A stretch of 64,000 bases of DNA from Longimicrobiales bacterium. GTDB taxonomy: Bacteria > Gemmatimonadota > Gemmatimonadetes > Longimicrobiales > Gaopeijiaceae. Below the pieces are notes generated by a model. It saw only the letters and a program-made list of their open reading frames with translations. It made no database searches and was not told the DNA's origin. Below, piece after piece: positions 19,754 to 29,450 of this stretch; within the stretch, counting starts at the first letter, position 1; each line of letters opens with the position of its first letter. The position numbers and the translations under genes are program-made. The DNA is taken from assembly GCA_963422615.1 (NCBI GenBank), contig OY730414.1, positions 496,001-560,000 of the forward strand. The letters run 5' to 3'.

Positions 19754-20071
19754 GTGGTGACCGACTTGGTGGCGACCCTAGAGTTCGCGTTCCGCGTGAT
19801 TGACGCATTCGGATATCCCCACGGGGGCCGGATCCTCCGGCTTCGCCTTGTAGAGGGCCACGTTCCGACCGTCAAGGAGCTGAAGGACGGTACCCTGGTT
19901 GCTGCCTCTGGAGACGGAGAGGAAGTTCCGATCACAATTGTGAGCTTTGCCGTTTTCGGAGGCGTGCCTTCGGACGACCGCTTGGCCCGGACGGGGAGGA
20001 TCGATCTTCGGGTTGCCGGAGACGGGGTGGAGTCTGTGATCACCGGCTGGACGGTGACGGTCCCCGCTTGA
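19754..20071 (+). CDS. Small hypothetical beta-rich protein
   Basis: 105-aa ORF with globular composition, filling the gap between opposite-strand genes. Confidence 0.6.
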   Translation: MVTDLVATLEFAFRVIDAFGYPHGGRILRLRLVEGHVPTVKELKDGTLVAASGDGEEVPITIVSFAVFGGVPSDDRLARTGRIDLRVAGDGVESVITGWTVTVPA

Positions 20072-20182
20072 TGCGCCAGCCGGTTTGCGCCGACGGTCCG
20101 GAGAATTTTGGGGACATGGGGCCCGTGGAGCCGAGATCGCGTTCCGGGCGGTCCGCGGGTTCGGCCTTGGGGGGCCAAGGGT

Positions 20183-20902
20183 TCAGTTGCCCGCCGGACT
20201 GCCTCTGAGCCCCGGGGGATCCCTTTGGAAGGATCTTCGGAACCACGCTCGGTATGCTTCGGGACTTTCCGGGTTCTCCGCCAGCCGCTCCCTCCGGGCT
20301 TCTACGAATTCGCTGGGTCGAGCGGTGAGGATGTAGTCGGCGAGGAAGCCGTTTTCCTTCGCGTAGATCAGTTCGTCGAGGAGACCGTAGGGACGGGCGT
20401 CGAAGATCGACCGATAGTAGAGCCAAACATCGGCGACCCGGGAAAGAATGGCTTTTTCGAGCTGGAAAGGGTCAGCCCCTTCGGTCTCGGGGAGCCATTT
20501 GTCGAGACGCCCCTGAGCTACCATGAGGTGGAGATGGGCGTAAATCAGATACGCCCCGCTCCCACCCGCACCTGAGATACGCTGTACGCCGACCGTGGCG
20601 GTGTCGCCCCCCTCGTTCACTTCCAAGCTCTCCCAGGGGTAGACCGGTCCCTCCCGGGATTCGGTGTAGATCATGAAGGAGGGGTCCAGCGTGATGCTGT
20701 CCCTTTGCTCTCGAACCCAGGCGTCGACCTCCTCCATGCGTTCCTTGGTTGGCGTAAGGCGTTCCCCGGAGTGAATGACCAGGCGCCGAGGATTCGGAAG
20801 CTCCATCTCGCCCATCCCGCATGCGAACCCGTAAAGGGGGGCAGCCGCGAAGATGGCGGCAGCGAGGAATCCGGAAGAAGGGCGTTTGGGACAAAGAGAC
20901 AT
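20183..20902 (-). CDS. Hypothetical lipoprotein
   Basis: From ATG 20902: signal peptide ending YGFA-C, then a globular domain. The upstream part of the long listed ORF looks non-coding. Confidence 0.7.
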   Translation of the reverse strand: MSLCPKRPSSGFLAAAIFAAAPLYGFACGMGEMELPNPRRLVIHSGERLTPTKERMEEVDAWVREQRDSITLDPSFMIYTESREGPVYPWESLEVNEGGDTATVGVQRISGAGGSGAYLIYAHLHLMVAQGRLDKWLPETEGADPFQLEKAILSRVADVWLYYRSIFDARPYGLLDELIYAKENGFLADYILTARPSEFVEARRERLAENPESPEAYRAWFRRSFQRDPPGLRGSPAGN

Positions 20903-21155
20903 GGCCAACCAGCTCCACTTTCTGGATTGAACGCCCGACAGCGGGCAACCGCATCGTTTCGTTCCTGCTCGACCCGTCGGTCTCACAGTCAAGGGGAAGG
21001 TGTATTGTAACGATTGGGGAAATTTCGGATTCCCGTTCCTGACGAACAAGAATGGCTTAAGGTGATTTCCGCGAGGCCGGTGGGGTGATTTCGGATCCCG
21101 ACCGGCCAATCCCGGCCGACCGACCCCATCTCTGGACCTCCCCGATTTGCAACGT

Positions 21156-21383
21156 CTACGTGGAGGTTGAGCGAGTAGGAGGATGATCCGGCGAAGTTTC
21201 ATCCGGGGCTTCGCCTCGGGGTGCATCCCGCCAGCGAAGGAGCTCGAAGGGACTCCGACAGTCGGCGCACCAGCAGGTGGACAGGGAGGCGTGGCTTCCG
21301 AAGACGGATGTGACTTTCGTTCGTCCCCCTCCACAGAAGGGGCACGATGGCGCGGATGGAAGAATGGGCTGACCTAGATCCAC
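21156..21383 (-). CDS. Stand-alone PaaD-like zinc-ribbon protein
   Basis: CPFCG...SVFGSHASLSTCWCADCRSPFE matches the PaaD C-terminal CPxCGS...FG...C..C.EPF pattern. GTG 21383 is preceded by GGAGG. Confidence 0.75.
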   Translation of the reverse strand: MDLGQPILPSAPSCPFCGGGRTKVTSVFGSHASLSTCWCADCRSPFELLRWRDAPRGEAPDETSPDHPPTRSTST

Positions 21384-21484
21384 CGTCCTTCTCCTCCCGT
21401 CGTTGTCCGGTTTCAGCCTGGGATGGGACAAGGCGTCAGCCCAGGTAAAGGCGCCGGGGATGGTCCTGGAACGGCACCTCCCGC

Positions 21485-22285
21485 CTACTCGACGAATAGC
21501 GCACGGTTGCGATCCCCCCTTGCCCTTTCGACCGCTTCTTCTGCCGGGGCGCCGGGGCCGCGTCGCCGCGTCGGGTCCCAGCCATCCCGGGCAGGAGGAA
21601 TCCGGGAGAGCCGAATTCCCAGTACTCCCAGGGGTTCCCCGAGGCGGGTTCCGTACGTCTCCCGGACACGGTCGCCAGACCAGACGAGTCCGTCAGCTGC
21701 CAGGGCTCTGTAGTCGGCGTCTTCTGGGAGCAGCCAAGCCAACGTAGACGGGAGCATTGCCCTGACCGACCGCTCCAGCCGTTGGGCGCCTTCACCGCCG
21801 GCTGCGGCCAGCCTGACAAACCAGGCGGCGCCGAACTGGCGGTGGTAGGCTTCTTCGGCCAGCATCTTGGGTACCCGGGAACGGGCCAGGGGGAAGCTTC
21901 CGTCGGCGAAGCTCTCCAGAGCGGTCTGCAGAGCGCCGTCCACCACCACCACCGCGGCAACGAAGGCGGCCCAGTCGTCAAAGGGCCCGTCCAGGGCGGG
22001 AGCCGAGCCGTACCGGTCTGCGGATCGGGTGTGCTCAAGCTCGAAGGGGTCAAGTCCGAGTTCCTTGAGCATGGAATAGAGGAGGCGGGCGTGACCCCAT
22101 TCGTCCTGGGCCATGGAGGAGGAGGCGATTCCGGTTTCAATGGACGGGCTTCCCAAAATCCAGTCGCTGTAGCGGATTCCCAAGATCCGTTTGGTGTCCG
22201 CCAGCGTAAGGATATGGCGGGGAAGGGCGTCCTCCGCGCCGCTTGTGCCGTCCTCCTGGCCGGCCCGGTCGCCAGCGTTCCTCAC
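21485..22285 (-). CDS. PaaC-like subunit of a phenylacetyl-CoA epoxidase-like di-iron oxygenase
   Basis: LADTKRILG.RYSDW, AQDEWGHARLLY, KMLAEEAYH (PaaA/PaaC ferritin-like family). GTGA overlap with the PaaB-like gene. Confidence 0.85.
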   Translation of the reverse strand: MRNAGDRAGQEDGTSGAEDALPRHILTLADTKRILGIRYSDWILGSPSIETGIASSSMAQDEWGHARLLYSMLKELGLDPFELEHTRSADRYGSAPALDGPFDDWAAFVAAVVVVDGALQTALESFADGSFPLARSRVPKMLAEEAYHRQFGAAWFVRLAAAGGEGAQRLERSVRAMLPSTLAWLLPEDADYRALAADGLVWSGDRVRETYGTRLGEPLGVLGIRLSRIPPARDGWDPTRRRGPGAPAEEAVERARGDRNRALFVE

Positions 22286-22551
22286 GGGGCTTCCGGTGCA
22301 GAAGGCCGGTTCGGTCCCCAAGGTCCGTCCTTCCGGTTGACGGGGATGACCGACCTGCGAAGAACCACACACATCTCGAACCAGTTCTCTTCGTCGTAGG
22401 TCTTCCAGGCATAGACCCGGGCCAGCTCGTCGCCGGGGGCGTCGACGTACCCGATGTGCCGGAGAGGTTGGCCCCGCTTCTTCCGGGCGAAGACATCGTA
22501 CACGCCTTCACCCAACGGGGTTTTCGAAGGATTCGAAGGGGCGACGTTCAA
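22282..22551 (-). CDS. PaaB-like small subunit
   Basis: YDVFAR...HIGYVDAPGDELARVYAWKTY...VV.RS follows the PaaB pattern. TTGA overlap with the DUF59 gene. Confidence 0.8.
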   Translation of the reverse strand: MNVAPSNPSKTPLGEGVYDVFARKKRGQPLRHIGYVDAPGDELARVYAWKTYDEENWFEMCVVLRRSVIPVNRKDGPWGPNRPSAPEAP

Positions 22552-23000
22552 AGTGCGATTCCGAAGTTCCCCAGCTGCTCTCGGCCCCGGGGCGTAATCC
22601 TGCTGGTGGTCCACGGCGGGTCCCACACCTCGTTGACCTCAACCCTATCCACCCAAGGTTCCGCCCCGATCCGGTCTCTCACGTCCTGTTTGATGAAGTC
22701 CGTGCAGGGACAAGCGGTGGCGGTGAACGTGAGGTTGATGCGGGCGATCCCGCGCGCAAAGGAAATTCCGTAGACCAGGCCCAGGTCCACCAAAGAGACG
22801 GGCAACTCCGGGTCCAGGACTTCGTGGAGCGCCGCCAAGAGCGCGGCCTCCCCATCTTGGGGGTGTTCGGCAAGGGGGCGGGACCACCGGTCACGGCCAC
22901 CCGACGCCCGGGACCGCACCCCGGGATGTTGGGCGAGAAGCGCCTTCAACGGCCGACGGCGGGAAGGCGGTGCCAGGTCGGGTAACGGGGTCATGGTCAC
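22548..23000 (-). CDS. PaaD-like / DUF59 metal-sulfur cluster assembly factor
   Basis: LHEVLDPELPVSLVDLGLVY...TFTATACPC...WDPPWT..RIT..GRE.L...GI. Confidence 0.88.
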   Translation of the reverse strand: MTMTPLPDLAPPSRRRPLKALLAQHPGVRSRASGGRDRWSRPLAEHPQDGEAALLAALHEVLDPELPVSLVDLGLVYGISFARGIARINLTFTATACPCTDFIKQDVRDRIGAEPWVDRVEVNEVWDPPWTTSRITPRGREQLGNFGIAL

Positions 23001-23012
23001 GAGGCCGACGGA

Positions 23013-23951
23013 TCAGCTCAGCCACGAGGATACGGTGCTCCGGGACCTGCGAACCGATTCGACGTACACTTCGTTCATGGGACCCCGGCTCTTCCACCGC
23101 TGGAAGACGGCGCTCCAGGGAATCTCGCCTTCGTCAAAGAGCCACCGCTTGGCTCCGGGGTCGTACTGACAGGGGAAGGGGTAGTCCAACACGTATTCTT
23201 CGGTCCCTTCATCGAAGTGGGCCGGGACCGACAACCCGAGGCTCTCGCAGAGGGGTACGGTTGAGGACATCCAGACCTGCCGAAGCTCATCGTTCGTCAG
23301 TCCCTTCAGCCTGTAGTCCAGCTGCCCGCTGTGACGCTTCAGGTCGTCAGGAAGCCCGAACCATTCGATGGTCATGGGGAACATCCAGTCCACGCACCGT
23401 TGGAGCAGCTCCGATGCCGCGCCGCCGGCCCGGGCCAGTCTGCGCATCCAAACCTCCCCATGACGCAAATGAAACGTCTCTTCCAGGTCGATTTTTACCA
23501 AGGCCCGCTTCAGGGGACCATAGGAGGTGTTGCGGTGAACATCTCCCAGGAGGGTGATTCCCGCCCGGTCGAAGAATCCGTTGGCGACGACCAGCTCGGC
23601 CCAGTTGTCCAGCGGCTGGTCGAAGCCGTAGGGGTGCTTGAACTCGTGAGGCTCCCGCCCGTACACCAAATGCTCCTTGGACACACCCAGGTCTTCCAGG
23701 AGGCGGTAGGCGATATTGGCGTGGGCCAGCTCGTCCTGGATAATGGCGTGGGCGCTCACCTGGGTGTTGGCCGACGGGGCATGCCGAGCTGCGAACCAGT
23801 AGGCAGGTGCGCTCATGAGCTCCGTGTCCGCCTGGACCGTCAGCTGTACGATGAGCGCCTTTCGGTAACCGGGGGTCATCTCTGCGGGAGATTCGACGAT
23901 GTGCCCGCTCTGTACCCGGGCCTTCAGTTCTTCTTCGGGGTGTTGCGGCAT
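23013..23951 (-). CDS. PaaA-like catalytic di-iron subunit
   Basis: VESPAEMTPGYRKAL, QDELAH, WAE, D, EETFH (di-iron ligand pattern), NDELRQ.W. Confidence 0.88.
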   Translation of the reverse strand: MPQHPEEELKARVQSGHIVESPAEMTPGYRKALIVQLTVQADTELMSAPAYWFAARHAPSANTQVSAHAIIQDELAHANIAYRLLEDLGVSKEHLVYGREPHEFKHPYGFDQPLDNWAELVVANGFFDRAGITLLGDVHRNTSYGPLKRALVKIDLEETFHLRHGEVWMRRLARAGGAASELLQRCVDWMFPMTIEWFGLPDDLKRHSGQLDYRLKGLTNDELRQVWMSSTVPLCESLGLSVPAHFDEGTEEYVLDYPFPCQYDPGAKRWLFDEGEIPWSAVFQRWKSRGPMNEVYVESVRRSRSTVSSWLS

Positions 23952-23997
23952 GAGACCTTGACGCGGCTTGGGTATCGGCGGTGCCGGTGCGGGTTCT

Positions 23998-24297
23998 TCA
24001 TATTCCCAGCGACGATCGGATCAAGGGGCTGATCCGGTCCGGGGTCCAGGGCGGATCGAAGGTCAGCTCCACCTGGACGTCCTCCACACCCTTGACGCCG
24101 GCGACCGCCTCCCTGGCGTCTTCCAGGATCTGGCCGGCGGCGGGGCACATGGGCGTCGTGAGAGAAATCGTGGCCTTGACGCCGTTTCCCTCCACCTGGA
24201 TGTCGTACACGAGGCCCAACACGACGAGGTCCAGGTTCAGCTCCGGGTCCTTGACGGTCTTGAGGGCAGCTCGAACCGCTTTCTCGGACACGGTCAC
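23998..24297 (-). CDS. Second DUF59 / SufT-like metal-sulfur cluster assembly factor
   Basis: ALKTVKDPELNLDLVVLGLVYDI...LTTPMCP...LTFDPPWTPDRIS. Confidence 0.9.
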   Translation of the reverse strand: MTVSEKAVRAALKTVKDPELNLDLVVLGLVYDIQVEGNGVKATISLTTPMCPAAGQILEDAREAVAGVKGVEDVQVELTFDPPWTPDRISPLIRSSLGI

Positions 24298-24574
24298 GTG
24301 GCGGTTCTCCTAACTTGGGGTACGGGTGCGAAGGTTGGCGCGCATCGGACGAGTCCCATTCAGCCCCCACGACGAAACCGCCTGGGGGTTTGCCCGTTTC
24401 GGCGGCAACCTCAATATAACCGGACACCGAGAAGCTACCGACAGTTCCGTCGGGGGCGCCACCCGACCCGTCGGGAGGGCCCTGGCGCGTAAGGCGCAAG
24501 ACGGACCGATCGGGAGATGACACCCCAGGCGGCTGCCTGAAGCCCTAGGCCCCGGAGGACGGGCAGGACGGATC

Positions 24575-25657
24575 ATGCGAATTGCGATCAACACAGGCGG
24601 AGGCGACGCCCCAGGATTGAACGCCGTCATCCGGGCCGTGGTGCTGTCGGCGGAGCGGCGGGGGTGGGAAGTGGTGGGTGTTCGAAACGGGTACGCCGGG
24701 CTCTTTCTACCCGACGGCGTCATGACCCTGAACAGTACGACCGTGAGGGGGATCACCCACCTGGGCGGGACGATCCTCGGGACCTCGAACCGGGGCAATC
24801 CCTTTTCTTTCCAGGTAGAGGGACCCGATGGCGTCATCCGGTGGGCGGATCGGTCCGGCGAAGTTCTGGAACGCCTGGAAGAAATGGAAATCGGCTGTCT
24901 GATCGCCGTCGGGGGCGACGGTTCTCTCAAGATCGCAGAGGGGTTGGCGCGTAAGGGACTCAAGGTCATCGGCGTGCCCAAGACCATCGACAATGACCTG
25001 GACGCGACCGCGGTCACCTTTGGCTTTCACACGGCGGTCCAAACGGCGACGGACGCCATTGACAAGCTGCACTCCACGGCGGAGTCCCACCAGCGGGTGA
25101 TGGTTGTGGAGCTCATGGGCCGCCACGCCGGATGGATCGCCCTCCTCGCCGGATTCGGGGCAACCGCCGACGCAATCCTGATTCCAGAGATCCCCTACGA
25201 CCTGGCAAGCGTCGCCCGGAAGATTGAAACCAGATGGGACAGGGGGCGGAAGTTCGCGATCATTGTGGTCGCGGAGGGGGCGGTCCCCCGGAACGGCACG
25301 GCATCGTACCTGGAGGAGGCCGCGCCGGGGGGCACCCGTCGCCTGGGCGGGGTGGGGAAGCGGGTCGCCCAGAAGCTGGCGGAGCTCACGGGGCGGGAAG
25401 TGCGGAGTTTGGTGCTGGGGCACCTTCAGCGGGGGGGACAGCCCGTCGCGTACGACCGGATTCTCGCGCTCCGCTTCGGGGCGGCGGCGGTGGAACTGGC
25501 CGAAAAGGGCTGCTTCGGGTGCATGGTGGCCCTGGATCCCCCGATAGTCCGAGCCGTGCCCCTGGCCGACGCCATCCGGAAGCGCAAGACCGTGCCGACC
25601 GACGGGGACATGGTCCGGGCCGCCAGAGCCGTGGGCGTGTCTTTTGGCGACGGATAA
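24575..25657 (+). CDS. pfkA: 6-phosphofructokinase (PfkA family, group III-like)
   Basis: TGGGDAPGLNAVIRAVV, GGTILGTS, GGDGS, PKTIDND, ELMGRHAG, LGHLQRGG. Confidence 0.93.
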   Translation: MRIAINTGGGDAPGLNAVIRAVVLSAERRGWEVVGVRNGYAGLFLPDGVMTLNSTTVRGITHLGGTILGTSNRGNPFSFQVEGPDGVIRWADRSGEVLERLEEMEIGCLIAVGGDGSLKIAEGLARKGLKVIGVPKTIDNDLDATAVTFGFHTAVQTATDAIDKLHSTAESHQRVMVVELMGRHAGWIALLAGFGATADAILIPEIPYDLASVARKIETRWDRGRKFAIIVVAEGAVPRNGTASYLEEAAPGGTRRLGGVGKRVAQKLAELTGREVRSLVLGHLQRGGQPVAYDRILALRFGAAAVELAEKGCFGCMVALDPPIVRAVPLADAIRKRKTVPTDGDMVRAARAVGVSFGDG

Positions 25658-25781
25658 GGAGACGACGTCAGGAACGAGATCCTGGGAACGGGACGAGGTG
25701 AGGACAATCCGGCCCTGTAGATGTTCTCGTTTGACGTGGCTGGATCGGGGCGACATTCGCGCCGCTCCCCGCCAAGTATTG

Positions 25782-28487
25782 TCATCGAAACTCGGCGGCC
25801 CCGATGATTCGTCCTGCCCGGGCCCGGTGCCAGTCCGTCGCGCGCATGGAAACCAGATTAGCGAACAAGCGGTAGGCGCCGGGGACGCCGGCCGGGAATT
25901 GGCGGAAGAAGGCCAGGCCCGTGTAGACGTAGAGACCCTCTCCGACCGGGGCCACGAGAAGACCTCCGCGCTTCGGCTCCTCCCCCGGATCGGCCATTTC
26001 CAGGACCGGTGTGAAGCGGTCGTCCCAATCGCCCGGGAAGTAGAGCCCGCGTTCGTGTACCCAGCCCTCAAAGTCCGCTAGGGTCAACCGGTTGAGACCC
26101 GAGAAAACCGGACTTTCGGGGGCGAGGATGGTGACGGGGGCCGTCTCGTCGGTGACCCGGTCGTGGGGCCGGCGGATCGTGACCGGATAAGGCGCGAACC
26201 CGCCCGAAGGATACTCGTACTTGTTGTACTGAACGACCACCGTGCCCCCTGCGCGAGCAAATGCGAGGACCGCATCGTTGGCAGCCGCCAGTTCAGCTCG
26301 GGTTTCGTAGGCGCGAACGCCCAGGACCAGGACGTCGTACGCGGCGAAGGCACCTTCCCGAACTTCCGCTTTGCCCAGAAGGTCCACATTCATTCCCATC
26401 TGCCGAAGGGCCTCGGCTCCGCCGTCCCCCGAACCCATGATGTAGCCTACGCGAAGCTCCGGGTCGGCGGCGACGTGAAACGCGAACACTTCTGCCCGGG
26501 CTTCGCGGAAAAGGACGGCCCGCCGGATGTGGGGATGATCGATCACGTCGTGATCGGTGTCGAAAACGGTCCCCACCCCATCCACCGCCACGGCCCGGAA
26601 TTCGTGCCTCCCTTCTTCTGCCGCCTCAGGCGGTGCGACCCGAAAGACCAGGGACCGGTTCGCGCCGGAAACCAGGGAGAAGGGTGCCATCGCGGGGTCC
26701 ACGCGCCAGCCGGGAGGTGCCTCCAGGCGCAGCGACCCGGATCGTTCGTTGGCCGAGGTATTGCGAAGCTCGACGGTGAAGGCCCGGACCCCGCCCTGTC
26801 CGGTGGGCCAGACCATCCGTGGGGGCTGCACATCGACGTCCAGCGCCGGGACCACAAGCACCGGTTGGCGGAACTCCCCGGACGACTTGTCGACACCCAC
26901 GTAAACCCCCTCCCGGCGCACCTCCAGTCGGCCTTCCTCCCCGTCGGGCAAGGCCAAGCGCAGTCGGATCGTGGCCTGGATGGGCGGCGGGTCGAAGGGG
27001 CGGGCCCAGCGATTCCCGTCTTCCGGCCAGGTGTAGAGGCTCCGGGTTCGCGCTTCCTCGAGGAAGTAGGGGGCCGAGATCCGGGCGCTGGGCGGTACCT
27101 TGACGGTCCAGCTCCAGCGGGCAATCCCTCCCGGCGGGACCCGTCCATCACTTGGCGTTGTCGGTTCGGGTGCCCGGAAAAAGCGAGAGCGCGGGGAGGC
27201 TCGGCCAGGCTCCCGCCCCGGGGTCGCCGTCCATCCTTCCGGAAGGAGGATCCGAGGGACCACGTCCCGCAGCTCGAAGGTTCCCCCGTTCCACACGGTC
27301 ACGTCCACGGCGACGGATTCCCCGGGCGTCAGCAGGCTCCTTTCGACGCGCACGTCGGCGACGAACCCGGCTGCGGTCAGGGCCGCTTCGGAGACCTGAA
27401 CGAGACGCCGCTCCAGGACTCCCCGTTCCCCTCCGGCGGCCACCTCCCCCACCAACTCCCCGAGAATCGAAGCCCCGGCCAGCAGACCGGGGACGGCGTC
27501 CCGAGTGCGGAGACCGGAGAGCCGGCTTCCAGCGTCTGCCACGGCTTTGCGGTATGCCCCGATGCGCTCTCCCGTGTCCCGAGGCCAGGAAGAGGGGAGC
27601 GGGTTCGGAAGCTGGCCGAATAGCGTGGTGTCCACCCCGGCGAAGATGCCGGTGTCCGCATCGCCGCCGGTTTTCGACGCGATCAGCTGCAGGAGGCTTT
27701 CCCGGGGTCCCATGGGCCGGCCTGAACCCATGTCCTGAGAACGGTGACGGCTCCGGCTTTCCATGGCCAGCTGAAAGTGGGACTGGCCCAAAACGGGGTC
27801 CAAGGTCCCGGTGGGCACCCGAAGCGTGGCTGGCGTTCCGGGGGAAAATCGGACCGACCGGTACAGTTTTGACGGAGTCCAGGGTGCGGCGCCCAGCTGG
27901 GCCAGTTCGGGATAGCGGTCCGGGTCTCCGGCAGCATCGAACGCTTCCCGCGAGGCGGCTCCGGCGATCTGGTGCTGCCCGTGGCCGTCTTGGGGCGTTC
28001 CTGAGAAGACGGACACGATCACGTGGGGCCTGAAGGTCCGGATCACGAATACCACATCCCGGAGCACCTCGTCCATGGGCCAGTGATTCAGGGCTTCTTC
28101 CATGCGCTTGGAGTAGCCGAAGTCAAAGGCCCGGGTGAAGAACTGTCGGCCGCCATCAAGATCTCGGGCCGCGAGCAGTTCTCCGGTGCGGACGATTCCC
28201 AAGCCCTCATGGAGCCGGGGTCCGATCAGGTTCTGGCCGCCCTCCCCGCGACTCAAGGACAGGTACGCCGTTTCTACGCCCTCCCCCCGCGCCAGGGCGG
28301 TGAGAAGGCCGGTGTCTTCGTCGTCGGGGTGGGCGCCGATCATCAGCACGCGCTTCACCCCGTCCAGCTGCCGGAGCTTAAGGGCCACCGCCGCGACGCC
28401 GTGGGCTTCTTGGCCGGCTGACGCGCCGGGAGGGGAAACCCCCACCAGGGCGAGGAGGCCAGTGATCGCGGCCGTCAGTTTTCTCAT
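25782..28487 (-). CDS. Exported PIG-L/LmbE-family deacetylase with NEW3/Ig-like domains and C-terminal GATase-like domain
   Basis: Signal peptide; AHPDDED, RGEGGQN, DFGYSK, HGQH; two PxGW Ig-like segments; C-terminal GYIMGSGD...QYN...GAYRLFANL. Confidence 0.88.
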   Translation of the reverse strand: MRKLTAAITGLLALVGVSPPGASAGQEAHGVAAVALKLRQLDGVKRVLMIGAHPDDEDTGLLTALARGEGVETAYLSLSRGEGGQNLIGPRLHEGLGIVRTGELLAARDLDGGRQFFTRAFDFGYSKRMEEALNHWPMDEVLRDVVFVIRTFRPHVIVSVFSGTPQDGHGQHQIAGAASREAFDAAGDPDRYPELAQLGAAPWTPSKLYRSVRFSPGTPATLRVPTGTLDPVLGQSHFQLAMESRSRHRSQDMGSGRPMGPRESLLQLIASKTGGDADTGIFAGVDTTLFGQLPNPLPSSWPRDTGERIGAYRKAVADAGSRLSGLRTRDAVPGLLAGASILGELVGEVAAGGERGVLERRLVQVSEAALTAAGFVADVRVERSLLTPGESVAVDVTVWNGGTFELRDVVPRILLPEGWTATPGREPGRASPRSRFFRAPEPTTPSDGRVPPGGIARWSWTVKVPPSARISAPYFLEEARTRSLYTWPEDGNRWARPFDPPPIQATIRLRLALPDGEEGRLEVRREGVYVGVDKSSGEFRQPVLVVPALDVDVQPPRMVWPTGQGGVRAFTVELRNTSANERSGSLRLEAPPGWRVDPAMAPFSLVSGANRSLVFRVAPPEAAEEGRHEFRAVAVDGVGTVFDTDHDVIDHPHIRRAVLFREARAEVFAFHVAADPELRVGYIMGSGDGGAEALRQMGMNVDLLGKAEVREGAFAAYDVLVLGVRAYETRAELAAANDAVLAFARAGGTVVVQYNKYEYPSGGFAPYPVTIRRPHDRVTDETAPVTILAPESPVFSGLNRLTLADFEGWVHERGLYFPGDWDDRFTPVLEMADPGEEPKRGGLLVAPVGEGLYVYTGLAFFRQFPAGVPGAYRLFANLVSMRATDWHRARAGRIIGAAEFR

Positions 28488-28529
28488 GTCATCCAAGGTA
28501 CATCGTTATGGGCCGCCCCGCCGGGGAGA

Positions 28530-29450
28530 TCACCTGGGCCAGGGCAGGGCGAGGGCCGCCGGTGCCCGGGATTGACCGAACCATCCGGCCAGAGCCCCCA
28601 TGCTCAGGACATATGGCAAGGCGAGGAAAAGGGGGTAGGGAAGATCGGTGTCCAGGGCCTGCAGAGCGAATTGAAGCGCCTCGGCGCCCCCAAAGAAGAG
28701 GGCGGCCGCGGCGACGCCTCCGGGCTTCCATCTCCCCAATACGACCACCGCTATGGCGATGAACCCCTTCCCGGCCGACATGTTTTCGCTGAAGGTTCCC
28801 GTATGCACCAGGCTGATGTGAGCTCCGGCCAGACCGGCCAGGATGCCCCCGACGAAGACAGCGAGGGTCCGTGTCCGGGTGACCGACACGCCGGCCGCCT
28901 GCGCGGCTTCCGGAGCTTCGCCTACGGCCCTCAGGGACAGTCCCCATCGGGTCCGATAGAGAAACCACCAAAGAAGCGGCACCAGGACGTAGACGGCGTA
29001 GACCGTAACGGATCGGTCCAGAAAGACCGGCCCCAGGACGGGGATCCGGGAAAGCACGGGCAGCTGCCAAGCCGGAAGCGTTTCCAGCTCGAGCGCCAGT
29101 CCCGTTGCGCCGAATCGGCCTTGGAAGACGGCGCCGGTGAAGCCGAGGCTTCCGATCGTCACGGCGGTTCCGGTGATGATCTGGTTCGTGCCCAAGTGGA
29201 CGGCAAAGAGGGCGAAGAGAAGGGCCGTGGCGCCTCCGGCCAAGGCCCCGGTCACGAGCCCGCCATAAGGGCCGGCCGCGAGGGCTCCCAGGGCCCCTCC
29301 CAGCGCTCCCCAGATTATCGAACCCTCAAGGCCGATGTTGATGACGCCGGCCCGCTCGGAAAACAGCTCCCCGAGAGCGGCCAAGGCGAGGGGTGTGGCC
29401 AGGCCGACCGCCGCGACCAAGAAGGACGTAAGCTCGGCCATCTCAGCCAT
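28530..29450 (-). CDS. ABC transporter permease (nucleoside/simple-sugar type)
   Basis: SERAGVINIGLEG, RAVGEAPEAA..AGV, GKGFIAIAVV..GRW, LPY. Confidence 0.93.
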   Translation of the reverse strand: MAEMAELTSFLVAAVGLATPLALAALGELFSERAGVINIGLEGSIIWGALGGALGALAAGPYGGLVTGALAGGATALLFALFAVHLGTNQIITGTAVTIGSLGFTGAVFQGRFGATGLALELETLPAWQLPVLSRIPVLGPVFLDRSVTVYAVYVLVPLLWWFLYRTRWGLSLRAVGEAPEAAQAAGVSVTRTRTLAVFVGGILAGLAGAHISLVHTGTFSENMSAGKGFIAIAVVVLGRWKPGGVAAAALFFGGAEALQFALQALDTDLPYPLFLALPYVLSMGALAGWFGQSRAPAALALPWPR

